Of a stretch of DNA of 64,000 bases, positions 50,609 through 59,795 are shown piece after piece; within the stretch, counting starts at the first letter, position 1, and every line of letters starts with the position of its first letter. Source of the DNA: Gemmatimonadota bacterium (lineage in GTDB: Bacteria; Gemmatimonadota; Gemmatimonadetes; Palauibacterales; Palauibacteraceae). The DNA lies in NCBI GenBank assembly GCA_963666735.1, contig OY762926.1:3840001-3904000 (forward strand), read 5' to 3'. The notes under the pieces are model-generated. The model searched no databases. It worked only from the letters and a program-made list of their open reading frames with translations, and was not told the DNA's origin. Made by a program: the position numbers and the translations under genes.

Positions 50609-52048
50609 ATGCGCGTTTCGACACCAGGCTCCAGAGGTTGCCGGGTGCTGCCGGCCGGTCTGCTCCTCGCGCTGGCCGCGGCCCTCGGTCCGTCGCAGGC
50701 GACGGCCCAGGCGGCGCAGTCGGCCCACCCGCCGCGCGACGAGTTCGCGGACGCCCAGAGGACGGATGGGGCGATGCCCGTCATCCTCCCGCTGCGCGAG
50801 CGGGCCGCCGTCATCGACCGCTGGCTTGAAAGGCGGCTCGAGACCGTCGCGCCCGAGGTCATGCGGCGCGAGGGAGTCGACCTCTGGATCGTCGCCGCGC
50901 GCGAATACAACGAGGATCCGGTCATCGAGACGATGCTGCCCTCCACGTACATGGCGGCCCGCCGGCGCACCGTCCTCATCCTCCACGACCGGGGGCCGGG
51001 GCAGCCGCTTGAGCGGCTCGCGGTGGCCCGGTACGACATCGGTCCCTTCCCGCGCGCCTGGGATCCGGACACCGAGCCCGACCAGTGGGGGCGGGTGGCG
51101 GAGGTCATCGCCGAACGCGACCCGCGGCGCATCGCGGTGAACCGTTCCTCGACCTTCGCGCTGGCGGACGGGCTCACCGGAACGGAGTACGACGCGCTGA
51201 TGGCCGCGCTGCCGGCGAAGTACCGCGAGCGGGTGGCCGGGACGGAGCGCCTCGCGATCGGATGGCTGGAGGCGCGGACGCCCGAGGAGATGGAGGTCTA
51301 TCCCCAGATCGTCCGGATCGCGCACCGGATCATCGCCGAAGGTTTCAGCGCGCAGGTGATTCAGCCGGGCGTCACGACGACCGAGGATGTCGTGTGGTGG
51401 TACCGCGAACGGATCCTCGATCTGAAGCTCGCGACCTGGTTCCAACCCAGCGTCTCCGTGCAGCGCCATGAGAAGGCGGGGGGCGCGAGGGAAGGGGAGG
51501 GGGACTTCTCCGCCCGTCCGGACGAGAACGTGATCCGCCCGGGCGACCTGCTGCATGTGGACTTCGGGATCAAGTACCTGCGGCTGAACACCGACACGCA
51601 GCAGCATGCCTACGTGCTGAAGCCGGGAGAGGACGCGGCCCCCGGGGGCCTCGTCCGCGCGCTCGCGGCCGGGAACCGTCTCCAGGACATCCTCACGGAG
51701 AACTTCGCGGCGGGGCGTTCGGGGAACGAGATCCTCGCGGGCGCGCTCGAGCAGGCGAGGGCCGAGGGGATCGACGCGACGATCTACACGCACCCGATCG
51801 GCTTCCACGGCCATGGCGCCGGACCCACGATCGGTCTCTGGGACAACCAGGGCGGCGTGCCGGGGCGCGGCGACTATCCGCTCTTCCCGAACACGGCGCA
51901 CTCGATCGAACTCAACGCGGCCGTCCCGGTGCCGGAATGGGGCGGACAGACGGTGCGCATCATGCTGGAGGAGGATGCGTTCTTCGACGGCGAGCGCACA
52001 TGGTACATCGACGGACGCCAGACCGGCTTCTGGCTCATCCCGCGATGA
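50609..52048 (+). CDS. Secreted M24 metallopeptidase (Xaa-Pro aminopeptidase-like)
   Basis: GDLLHVDFG, LNTDTQQHAY, HPIGFHGHGAG, SIELN, LEED. Confidence 0.9.
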   Translation: MRVSTPGSRGCRVLPAGLLLALAAALGPSQATAQAAQSAHPPRDEFADAQRTDGAMPVILPLRERAAVIDRWLERRLETVAPEVMRREGVDLWIVAAREYNEDPVIETMLPSTYMAARRRTVLILHDRGPGQPLERLAVARYDIGPFPRAWDPDTEPDQWGRVAEVIAERDPRRIAVNRSSTFALADGLTGTEYDALMAALPAKYRERVAGTERLAIGWLEARTPEEMEVYPQIVRIAHRIIAEGFSAQVIQPGVTTTEDVVWWYRERILDLKLATWFQPSVSVQRHEKAGGAREGEGDFSARPDENVIRPGDLLHVDFGIKYLRLNTDTQQHAYVLKPGEDAAPGGLVRALAAGNRLQDILTENFAAGRSGNEILAGALEQARAEGIDATIYTHPIGFHGHGAGPTIGLWDNQGGVPGRGDYPLFPNTAHSIELNAAVPVPEWGGQTVRIMLEEDAFFDGERTWYIDGRQTGFWLIPR

Positions 52049-52695
52049 CCGCGGCTCGGAGGCTGGCGTCGTCGTCGATCGTCGCGTTCGGAGCGCTGGC
52101 GGGGGCCGCCGCCGGCGAACTCGCCGCGCAGATGCCGGACGCGTGGGTCCTCGTCGGACAGGACGCCGCCGATTATCGCCTCAGGCTAGACCCCGAGGTG
52201 GCCCATTCCGGGTCTTCCAGCATGCGGCTCGAGGCGCGGGGCAACCGGCGCCGCAGCCAATGGGCCGCGAGCGTGCAGCTCATCGACGCCATCGCCTACC
52301 GCGGAAAGCGGATGCGCCTGCGCGGATACCTGCGGGCCGACGACGTCGACTCCGGCGGCCTGTGGGTGCGGGTGGACGGCATCCTCGAAGGGAAGTATGC
52401 GATGCTCGCGCTGGACAACAGCGAGGACCGGCGCGTCGAGGGAACGCGGGACTGGGAGACACGCGAGATCGTGGTGGACATCCCCCCGGAAGGCGTTACG
52501 ATCCTCATCGGGGCGATGATCACGGGCGATGGAGAACTGTGGGTGGACGACCTCTCCTTCGAGGCGGTCGCCGAAGATGTGCCGCTTACGACGGAGCCGG
52601 AGATCGTCATCACGGACCAGCCGTACGCTCGCCCGCCCGGCGTCTTCCCCGCACCCACGAACCTGGATTTCGAACGAGAGATGAACGGGAGCTGA
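52045..52695 (+). CDS. Secreted beta-sandwich (galactose-binding-like) hypothetical protein
   Basis: Signal peptide; YRGKRMRLRGYL, GLWVRVDG, LDNSEDR, GELWVDDLSFE, PTNLDFE. Confidence 0.7.
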   Translation: MTAARRLASSSIVAFGALAGAAAGELAAQMPDAWVLVGQDAADYRLRLDPEVAHSGSSSMRLEARGNRRRSQWAASVQLIDAIAYRGKRMRLRGYLRADDVDSGGLWVRVDGILEGKYAMLALDNSEDRRVEGTRDWETREIVVDIPPEGVTILIGAMITGDGELWVDDLSFEAVAEDVPLTTEPEIVITDQPYARPPGVFPAPTNLDFEREMNGS

Positions 52696-52702
52696 ACGCG
52701 AG

Positions 52703-53311
52703 ATGAAGCATGCGATGGAATCTGGAGCCGAACCGATCAGGCGCGCAGTATTGGCGGCCCTGGCCGTGGCGGCTTTCGCGACCGGTTGCCGCGGGGGTGA
52801 GCACACCGAAGCGGCGGGAGACGCCGCGCGGGCCCCGGGACCCACCGAAAGCGCGCCGGCCGAGAGCGCGCCGGCCTCGTATCGCCCGCTTCCGGCGCTC
52901 GAGGTGACCCACCTCGACGGTCGCCCCGCGGATCTCGACCAGTTCCGCGGCCGGGTCGTCGTCCTGAACCTGTGGGCAACCTGGTGCATCCCCTGTCGCG
53001 ACGAGATGCCCGAGTTGCAGCAGATGCACGCCAGGTACGCGGCGGATCCCCTCGACGTGGTCGGGATCTCCATCGATGAGGGAGATGTGGCGCTCGTCGA
53101 GGGATTCCTCGAAGAGTTCGACATCACCTATCCCAACTTCCTCGGCGATGGCTCCGGACTCACGCAGGCGCTCGATCTCTACCCCGGCGTGCCGCACACG
53201 CTGCTGGTGGACGCGGAGGGTCTGATTCGGGGGTACTGGGGCGGCCGCTTCCACCCCTTCGAGCCGGAAACCGCGGCGCTCGTCGAGAGGGTTCTCTCGG
53301 AAGCCCAGTAA
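52703..53311 (+). CDS. TlpA/ResA-like thiol-disulfide oxidoreductase lipoprotein
   Basis: ATGC lipobox, LNLWATWCIPCRDEMP, GVPHTLLVDAEG. Confidence 0.92.
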   Translation: MKHAMESGAEPIRRAVLAALAVAAFATGCRGGEHTEAAGDAARAPGPTESAPAESAPASYRPLPALEVTHLDGRPADLDQFRGRVVVLNLWATWCIPCRDEMPELQQMHARYAADPLDVVGISIDEGDVALVEGFLEEFDITYPNFLGDGSGLTQALDLYPGVPHTLLVDAEGLIRGYWGGRFHPFEPETAALVERVLSEAQ

Positions 53312-53317
53312 CCGGCC

Positions 53318-53911
53318 GTGGAGACGTCGTCCCGAGTGAGACGGCCGGGTGGGGACCGCAGCGTGAGACCGCCGGATGATCAGGATGATGGCGGGTTGAC
53401 GAGTCCGGGCATCCTCGAGATCCGCCCGCTCCGCCCCGAGGACTGGGGTCCGGTGCGAAGGATCTATGAGGAAGGGATCGCGACGGGGGACGCGACGTTC
53501 GAAACGGAGGCGCCCGCCTGGGAGTCGTGGGACGCGAACCACCTCGACACCTGTCGGTTCGTGGCCGAGCGGGAGGGTCGCGTCGTCGGGTGGGCGGCGC
53601 TGGCGCCGGTCTCCGGGCGTTGCGTGTACGGCGGCGTGGCCGAGGTCAGCGTCTACGTCGGCGGGGACGCGCGCGGGGGCGGAATCGGCCTCAGGCTCCT
53701 GGCCGCGCTCGTCGAATCCTCCGAGCGGGCCGAACTCTGGACGCTGCAGGCGGGGATCTTCCCGGAGAACGTCGCGAGTGTCCGCATCCACGAGCGAGCC
53801 GGCTTCCGCCGCGTGGGGCGGCGCGAGCGGCTGGGAAGGCTCCACGGCGAGTGGCGCGACGTGCTTCTGCTCGAGCGTCGCAGCCTCCGCGTGGGGAGCG
53901 AGACCGACTGA
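53318..53911 (+). CDS. GNAT N-acetyltransferase (phosphinothricin/YncA-like); start uncertain
   Basis: IYEEGIATGDATFE, VYGGVAEVSVYV, IFPENVASVRIHERAGFR, GEWRDVLLLERRS. Confidence 0.9.
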   Translation: METSSRVRRPGGDRSVRPPDDQDDGGLTSPGILEIRPLRPEDWGPVRRIYEEGIATGDATFETEAPAWESWDANHLDTCRFVAEREGRVVGWAALAPVSGRCVYGGVAEVSVYVGGDARGGGIGLRLLAALVESSERAELWTLQAGIFPENVASVRIHERAGFRRVGRRERLGRLHGEWRDVLLLERRSLRVGSETD

Positions 53912-54210
53912 CACCCGGCTGACACCGGGCTGATATCGGTGCCCCCCTTGACGTTTCGGGTACGAGAGGCGATCATTGCGCGCGTTCGGACGCGTCCGGC
54001 GGTGCCGGAGCACGGCTGAACTGAGAAGGCAGGATCGCAGGATCGGGGGGGCCTCTCAACAACGGGTCGCCCCTTTTTCTTTAGTTTCTTTGGTTTTTTT
54101 CTGCGTGGCGAGTGCCACGACCCTGGCGCGGGGGAGACCGCGTCGAACAGGTCAGCGGTCGGCAGCGACGGGTTTCCCGAACTCCGACATGACTAACGAA
54201 GGAGTAGGAA

Positions 54211-54420
54211 ATGCGTACGAGAGGTACCGTGAAGTGGTTCAACGACCAGAAGGGCTTCGGGTTCATTACCCCGGAAGAGGGTGGTAAGGACTGCTTCGTA
54301 CACCACACGGCGATTCAGGCGGATGGCTTTCGGACCCTCAAGGAGGGCGAGGCTGTCGAGTTCGACGTTACGGACGGGACAAAGGGCCCGGCCGCGGAGA
54401 ACGTGACCCGAGTCGCGTGA
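54211..54420 (+). CDS. Cold-shock protein (CspA family)
   Basis: [15 protein letters not shown] (RNP1), DCFVHHTAI (RNP2), KGPAAENV. Confidence 0.96.
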   Translation: MRTRGTVKWFNDQKGFGFITPEEGGKDCFVHHTAIQADGFRTLKEGEAVEFDVTDGTKGPAAENVTRVA

Positions 54421-54453
54421 TTTGCCGACCGCCACCAGGCGTAAGGTGAGTTC

Positions 54454-54488
54454 AAAAGGGCCGCCCGGCGACGGACGGCCCTTTTTTT
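54454..54488 (+). terminator. Rho-independent terminator, likely bidirectional
   Basis: AAAAGGGCCG...CGGCCCTTTTTTT hairpin after the csp stop. Confidence 0.85.
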
Positions 54489-54498
54489 GTCAGGTTTG

Positions 54499-54816
54499 TC
54501 AGGTAGGTTGGCTGGCCTCGGCGCCACCGCCGAAACCGATCTGCGGCCGCCGCCGGTCGATCTCGTCGAGGCGCACCTCCACCCGGTCGAAGCGCCGATG
54601 GACCGCGTTGAACATGTCATCATAGTGGCCGCGGTCGTCGGCCGCGCGCTCGCGAAGAGCCAGGACGGATTCTCGCAGTTCAGTGAAGCGCCCGTCCCAG
54701 CGGGCCTGAACGCGGTTCAGCCTCAGATCCACGCCGTTCAGGATCGTTTCGACGGCGTTCCGCAACTCGGCTACGGTCGCGGTCCTCCGTTCCGCCTTGT
54801 TTCCGCCGGGGGCCAT
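54499..54816 (-). CDS. Small coiled-coil hypothetical protein
   Basis: AAGGAGG RBS; ends RFDRVEVRLDEIDRRRPQIGF. Confidence 0.6.
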   Translation of the reverse strand: MAPGGNKAERRTATVAELRNAVETILNGVDLRLNRVQARWDGRFTELRESVLALRERAADDRGHYDDMFNAVHRRFDRVEVRLDEIDRRRPQIGFGGGAEASQPT

Positions 54817-55006
54817 GGTGCTTCCTCCTTGTTCTGCAATGTGAACGTTAGCCGCGTCGGGCCGGTCACACAAAAGTCGCGGCGGGGATCAACGGATCGT
54901 GAACTGGAAGCGCGATCGCGGGGATGGTGCTGTTCCACTCGACCCGTGCCTGTCTATGATCCAGCAGTGTCAACGCAGCCCGCGTCCCAGCCACGGAGAG
55001 CGTCCG

Positions 55007-57106
55007 ATGACCGCCCCGCTCAGCAGTGCCCGAATTTCCCTCCTGTCTCTTGCCGCCGCAGCCTCCCTGTGCCTCGCCGTGCCGGCGGTGGGGCAGGCGG
55101 GGGCCGAGTCCGGGCCGCTTCGCATGGAGGACATCTTCGAGGTCGAGATCGCGGGCGACCCGCGGATCTCCCCGGACGGGCGCCGGGTCGTCTATGTCCG
55201 CCAGCGGGCCGACATCATGACGGACAGCCGCTTCTCGAACCTCTGGATCGTGGGCACGGACGGGTCGGGGCACCGGCCTCTCACGACGGGGGACTTCAAC
55301 GACAGCTCGCCCCGCTGGTCGCCCGACGGTACGCGGCTCGCTTTCATCTCGAACCGGAGCGGGAGCGCGCAGATCCACGTCCGCTGGATGGATTCGGGTG
55401 AGACCTCGGTGGTCACGAACGTGACCGAGCCGCCCCGGTCGTACGCATGGTCGCCCGACGGTACGCAGATCGCGTTCGGGAAGTTGGTGCCGACGCCGGC
55501 GCCGGCGATCGGGGGGATGCCGACCCCACCGGAGGGCGCGCATTGGGCCGAGCCCGCGCAGGTCGTCGAGCGGCTCGTGTACCGCTTCGACCAGTTGGGT
55601 GATCTCCCGCACGGGTTCGTCCACGTCTTCGTCGTCCCGTCCGAAGGCGGAACGGCCCGCCGGATCACGAGCGGCGACGGCCACTGGGCCGGGAACGGGA
55701 TCGGCGGCACGCACTTCTCGTGGACTCCGGATGGCGCGGGCCTCGTCATGTCGCGCGACCCCCGCGGGGGCGACACGGAAAGCGTGTTCGTGGCGGACAC
55801 GGAGGTGTTCGAGGTTTCCGTGGCCGACGGCACGGCCACGCAGCTCACGGATCGCCGGGGGCCGGACGACGGGCCGATCGTCTCTCCCGATGGCCGCCAC
55901 ATCGCCTACTTCGGGATGGACGACCGCTTCCAGGGCTACCAGCTCACACGACTCTACGTCATGAACCGGGATGGGAGCGACCCGCGTTCGCTCTCCGACG
56001 GTCTCGACCGCGAGGTTTACGGGGCCGCGTGGACTCCCGACGGCTCGGGCCTGTACGCCCTGTACGACGACGAGGGGATGACGAAGCTCGCGCTCTTCCG
56101 CCTCGACGACGACGGGAGCGGCCACCGCGTGCTGACCGAGAACGTCGGCGGGGTCGGCCGCGCCTACGCCGGAGCGACGTACTCCGTGGCCGACGACGGC
56201 AGCTTCGCGATGAACTACACCACGCCGGCCGTCATCTCCGAAGTCGCGACGGGTCGCCCCGGCAGCGAGGTCCGCGTGCTCACCGGGATCAACGACGACC
56301 TGATGGCCAAGCGCGAGATCGGCGAGGTCGAGGAGATCCGGTACGAGTCCTCGCACGATGGCCGGCCGATCCACGGCTGGATCATCAAGCCGCCGGGCTT
56401 CGACCCGTCCCGCGAATATCCTCTCATCCTCGAGATCCACGGGGGACCGTTCTCGAACTACGGCGCGCGCTTCGACCTCGAGAAGCAGCTCATGGCAGGG
56501 CAGGGGTACGTCGTCCTCTACACGAACCCGCGCGGGAGCACGAGCTACGGAGAGGAGTTCGGGAACCTGATCCACCACGCGTACCCCGGCGACGATTTCT
56601 ACGACCTCGTCTCAGGGGTGGACGCCGTCATCGACCGCGGCTACGTGGACCCCGGGCAGCTTTACGTCGTGGGCGGGAGCGGGGGCGGCGTCCTCACGGC
56701 TTGGCTCGTGGGCCGGACGGACCGGTTCCGCGCCGCGGTGTCGTGGTATCCCGTCATCAACTGGTACAGCTTCGTGCTTACCGCGGATATGGCGGCCTAC
56801 GGCGTCAACTATTGGTTCCCGGGCTTCCCCTGGGACCACGTGGAGCACTACGAGTCGCGGTCGCTCCTGAGCGTGGTCGAGAACGTGACGACGCCGACGC
56901 GGATCGTGACGGGCGAGGAGGACTGGCGCACGCCGATGTCGGAATCCGAGCAGTACTTCAAGGCGCTCAAGCTGCTCGGAGTGGAGACGTCGCTCGTACG
57001 CTTCCCCGGCGAGCCGCACGGTATCCGCCGCCGCCCGAGCCATCACATCGGGAAGATGCTGTCCACCCTGGAATGGTTCCGCCGCTATTCCGCCACGACG
57101 TCCTGA
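55007..57106 (+). CDS. S9 family peptidase (acylaminoacyl/dipeptidyl peptidase-like)
   Basis: PD40 repeats (WSPDG), IHGGP, NPRGSTSYG, GGSGGG nucleophile, GEEDWRTP, EPHG. Confidence 0.94.
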   Translation: MTAPLSSARISLLSLAAAASLCLAVPAVGQAGAESGPLRMEDIFEVEIAGDPRISPDGRRVVYVRQRADIMTDSRFSNLWIVGTDGSGHRPLTTGDFNDSSPRWSPDGTRLAFISNRSGSAQIHVRWMDSGETSVVTNVTEPPRSYAWSPDGTQIAFGKLVPTPAPAIGGMPTPPEGAHWAEPAQVVERLVYRFDQLGDLPHGFVHVFVVPSEGGTARRITSGDGHWAGNGIGGTHFSWTPDGAGLVMSRDPRGGDTESVFVADTEVFEVSVADGTATQLTDRRGPDDGPIVSPDGRHIAYFGMDDRFQGYQLTRLYVMNRDGSDPRSLSDGLDREVYGAAWTPDGSGLYALYDDEGMTKLALFRLDDDGSGHRVLTENVGGVGRAYAGATYSVADDGSFAMNYTTPAVISEVATGRPGSEVRVLTGINDDLMAKREIGEVEEIRYESSHDGRPIHGWIIKPPGFDPSREYPLILEIHGGPFSNYGARFDLEKQLMAGQGYVVLYTNPRGSTSYGEEFGNLIHHAYPGDDFYDLVSGVDAVIDRGYVDPGQLYVVGGSGGGVLTAWLVGRTDRFRAAVSWYPVINWYSFVLTADMAAYGVNYWFPGFPWDHVEHYESRSLLSVVENVTTPTRIVTGEEDWRTPMSESEQYFKALKLLGVETSLVRFPGEPHGIRRRPSHHIGKMLSTLEWFRRYSATTS

Positions 57107-57134
57107 TCGGCGACAGCAGAGGCTTCAGACCGGA

Positions 57135-57179
57135 AGATTGTTGAATACCGAACTCCTGGCGTCCGATATTCAACAATCT
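57135..57179. terminator. AT-rich inverted repeat between convergent genes
   Basis: AGATTGTTGAATA...TATTCAACAATCT, 13-bp arms. Confidence 0.5.
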
Positions 57180-57197
57180 CCGCGTCTCAAGGAGGGG

Positions 57198-57830
57198 TCA
57201 GCGAGCCACCTGGAAGGGAACGGTCGCGACCTGGTCGTCCCACCAGATCGTGAACACGCCGCCCTCCTGCGTCATGTCCATGAACGAGATCGTGAGTTGG
57301 TCGGCCGACATCATGATCGTGTCCACATCCATCGTCGTGCGCAGCACGTCGCGGTCGGGCGTGTAGCCGTAGGACCCCCAGAGCGCGTCCGGGTTCTCCT
57401 CGCGGAAGTTGTCCTTCGCGCCCCAGTTCGAGAAGATGAGCGTCCACTCGGCCTCGGTGAGTTCCGCGAACACGCTGTACTCGCCGGCCGGCAGGCGCTC
57501 GCCGCCGAACATGAGATCCACCTCGGTCATGAAGCGCGTGGACTGGTCCGCGCCGACGCGCCACAGCGGCGCTCCGCGAAGGAACTGCTGCCCATACTCA
57601 TCGCCCGATCCGAACAGGTCTCTGCCGCGCAGGATGGGGCGGCCGTACGTCACGACGACCCAGGAGCCGCCCTCGTAGCCGCCTTCGTCGTTGACCGAGC
57701 CTCCGACCTGGGTGGCGGCCTCTCCGCGCGGACTCATGCGCCGGTCCTGGGCCTCCGCGGCCGTGGCGAAAGCAAGGGCGACGCCGAGGGCGATCGCCAG
57801 ACAGGGGACGGCGCGGAACATCTTCTTCAT
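57198..57830 (-). CDS. DUF2911-type secreted protein
   Basis: MSPRGEAATQVG, VTYGRPILRGR, WRVGADQSTRF, LPAGEYSVF. Confidence 0.88.
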   Translation of the reverse strand: MKKMFRAVPCLAIALGVALAFATAAEAQDRRMSPRGEAATQVGGSVNDEGGYEGGSWVVVTYGRPILRGRDLFGSGDEYGQQFLRGAPLWRVGADQSTRFMTEVDLMFGGERLPAGEYSVFAELTEAEWTLIFSNWGAKDNFREENPDALWGSYGYTPDRDVLRTTMDVDTIMMSADQLTISFMDMTQEGGVFTIWWDDQVATVPFQVAR

Positions 57831-57979
57831 TCGTACCTCCAAGCAGGTTCAAGCGCGGCATCGCCGGCCGGCGATGCGCGAACAATCCCTAAGCGCGACG
57901 GGCATCCTACGGCGGCGCGCGCGAACCCGAAAGCCGGGCGCGTCGCCGCGGCAGGCGGCCTCCGATACAATACCGACCC

Positions 57980-58459
57980 ATGAAGAGAATACGGCCCGCA
58001 AGAGGAACGTTTCGGTTCATCCTTGCGGCGGGCGGCCTGGTCGCGGCGGCGGCGTGCGGAGGCCGGACGCCGGAGGTGGGCGAGACCGGCGGGGCAGTCG
58101 CCGTCGAGGCGGTGCGAGCGGAGATCGAGCGCGTCACCCGGCGTTGGGAAGCCTCGCTGATCGCGGGAGCGCCCGGCGAGGCCGTCGTCGACGTCTTTAC
58201 GCCGGACGCGGTGCGTCTGCCCTCCGGGGAGCCGGCGGTGCGGGGGCACGACGCCATCGTGCGCGCGCTGGCCGGTTCCGCTCCACTGCGCGAGGCGCGG
58301 TTCACGATCGAGGACATCGAAGTGGATGGAAACCTGGCGTTCGCGAACGGGACGTACCGGGTGCGCGGTCCCGGCGATGTCGAACTCGATGGCAAGTTTC
58401 TCGAGGTGTGGAAGCGGCTCGAAACCGGGTGGCGTATCCACCGCGTCATGTGGGACTGA
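57980..58459 (+). CDS. NTF2-like (DUF4440/YybH) lipoprotein
   Basis: AAAC lipobox, FTPDAVRLPSGEPAVRG, GKFLEVWKR..GWRI. Confidence 0.85.
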   Translation: MKRIRPARGTFRFILAAGGLVAAAACGGRTPEVGETGGAVAVEAVRAEIERVTRRWEASLIAGAPGEAVVDVFTPDAVRLPSGEPAVRGHDAIVRALAGSAPLREARFTIEDIEVDGNLAFANGTYRVRGPGDVELDGKFLEVWKRLETGWRIHRVMWD

Positions 58460-58493
58460 CGCCCTCGTTCGAAGCAGCTCGCGCGCGCGGGAA

Positions 58494-58513
58494 GACGTTC
58501 CCGCGGGAACGTC
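58494..58513. repeat. Perfect palindrome GACGTTCCCGCGGGAACGTC (parS-like copy 3)
   Basis: Intergenic; identical to 41153-41172. Confidence 0.7.
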
Positions 58514-58583
58514 GCCGCGCGTTGTATGGCCTGTTGCATGGCCTGTTGCCTGGCCCTTGGATGACTCCAGGAGATACGGACGA

Positions 58584-59795
58584 ATGATGGGAACGGCGAG
58601 AACACCGGGACCACCGGGAACGGGAAGGGCGGCGTCCACCGACGCCGTGCACGCGGGCGAGCAGGAGCCGAGGCCCGAGGGGGCTGTCGTCACGCCGATC
58701 TACCAGACGGCGAACTACGAGCTTCGCGGCGAAGACTACCACGACATCGGGTACATCCGGCTCAGCACGACGCCGAACCATCGCGTGCTGGGGGAGCGCA
58801 TCGCGGCGCTGGAGGGGACGGAGGCGGCGCTCGCCCTCGCGAGCGGGATGGCGGCGATCTCGGGGTCGCTGCTCACGGTGCTCTCTTCCGGGGACCACGT
58901 GCTCGTGCAGGACACGCTGTACGGCGGCACGGCCAGCCTGCTGCAGCAGGACCTGCCGCGCTTCGGGATCGGGCACACCGTGATCGACCCGCAGGATCCG
59001 TCGGGCTGGGCCGCCTCGCTGACGCCGACGACGCGGGCGATGTACGTGGAGACGCTGACGAATCCGCTCGTGCAGGTGGCGGATCTCGAGGCCGTGGTGG
59101 CGTTCGCGCGCGAGCACGGACTCGTGACGATGATCGACAACACGTTCGCGAGCCCGATCAACTTCCGGCCGGCCGAGATCGGCTTCGACCTCGTCCTCGA
59201 GAGTTGCACGAAATACATGAACGGGCACAGCGACATCGTGGCGGGGAGCGTGGCCGGGCCGGCCGACCTGGTGCGCCGCGTGAAGGTGATGCAGGACCAT
59301 CTCGGCGGCTCTCTCGACCCGCATGCGGCGTTCCTGCTCGAGCGCGGGCTGAAGACGCTGAGCGTGCGCGTCCGCGAGCAGAACGCGTCGGCCGGACGGC
59401 TCGCCGCGCGCCTCGAAGCCCACCCCGCCGTTTCGGTCGTGCACTACCCGGGGCTGGAGAGCCACGCCCAGCACGAGCGCGCCGCCCGTCTGTTCGATGG
59501 CTTCGGCGGGATGATGTCGTTCGAACTCGAGGGCGGAACCGACGCGGCCGAGGCCTTCATGTCCGCGCTGGAGATCCCGATGGTCGCGGCCAGTCTCGGG
59601 GGCCCGGAGTCGCTCGTCGTGCGGCCCGCCGCCGCCGTCCACGCGGGCATGTCCGCCGAGGAGCGGGCCAAGGCGGGCATCAGGGACGCCCTCATCCGCT
59701 TCTCCACCGGACTGGAGGCGACGGAGGATCTCGCGGCCGACCTCGACCGGGCGTTGGCGAGCCTGCCGCGGGCGGTCGCGGGCCTCACCGCGTGA
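58584..59795 (+). CDS. Trans-sulfuration PLP enzyme (cystathionine gamma-synthase/lyase or methionine gamma-lyase family)
   Basis: TPIYQT, ASGMAAI, ETLTNP, IDNTFASP, SCTKYMNGHSD, ASLGGPESL, IRFSTGLE. Confidence 0.93.
   Translation: MMGTARTPGPPGTGRAASTDAVHAGEQEPRPEGAVVTPIYQTANYELRGEDYHDIGYIRLSTTPNHRVLGERIAALEGTEAALALASGMAAISGSLLTVLSSGDHVLVQDTLYGGTASLLQQDLPRFGIGHTVIDPQDPSGWAASLTPTTRAMYVETLTNPLVQVADLEAVVAFAREHGLVTMIDNTFASPINFRPAEIGFDLVLESCTKYMNGHSDIVAGSVAGPADLVRRVKVMQDHLGGSLDPHAAFLLERGLKTLSVRVREQNASAGRLAARLEAHPAVSVVHYPGLESHAQHERAARLFDGFGGMMSFELEGGTDAAEAFMSALEIPMVAASLGGPESLVVRPAAAVHAGMSAEERAKAGIRDALIRFSTGLEATEDLAADLDRALASLPRAVAGLTA

Noticed and set aside
52703..53311. TlpA-like protein as part of the disulfide-peptide system
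   Set aside because: 15 kb away in an unrelated peptidase/GNAT run, with no ECF motif seen upstream
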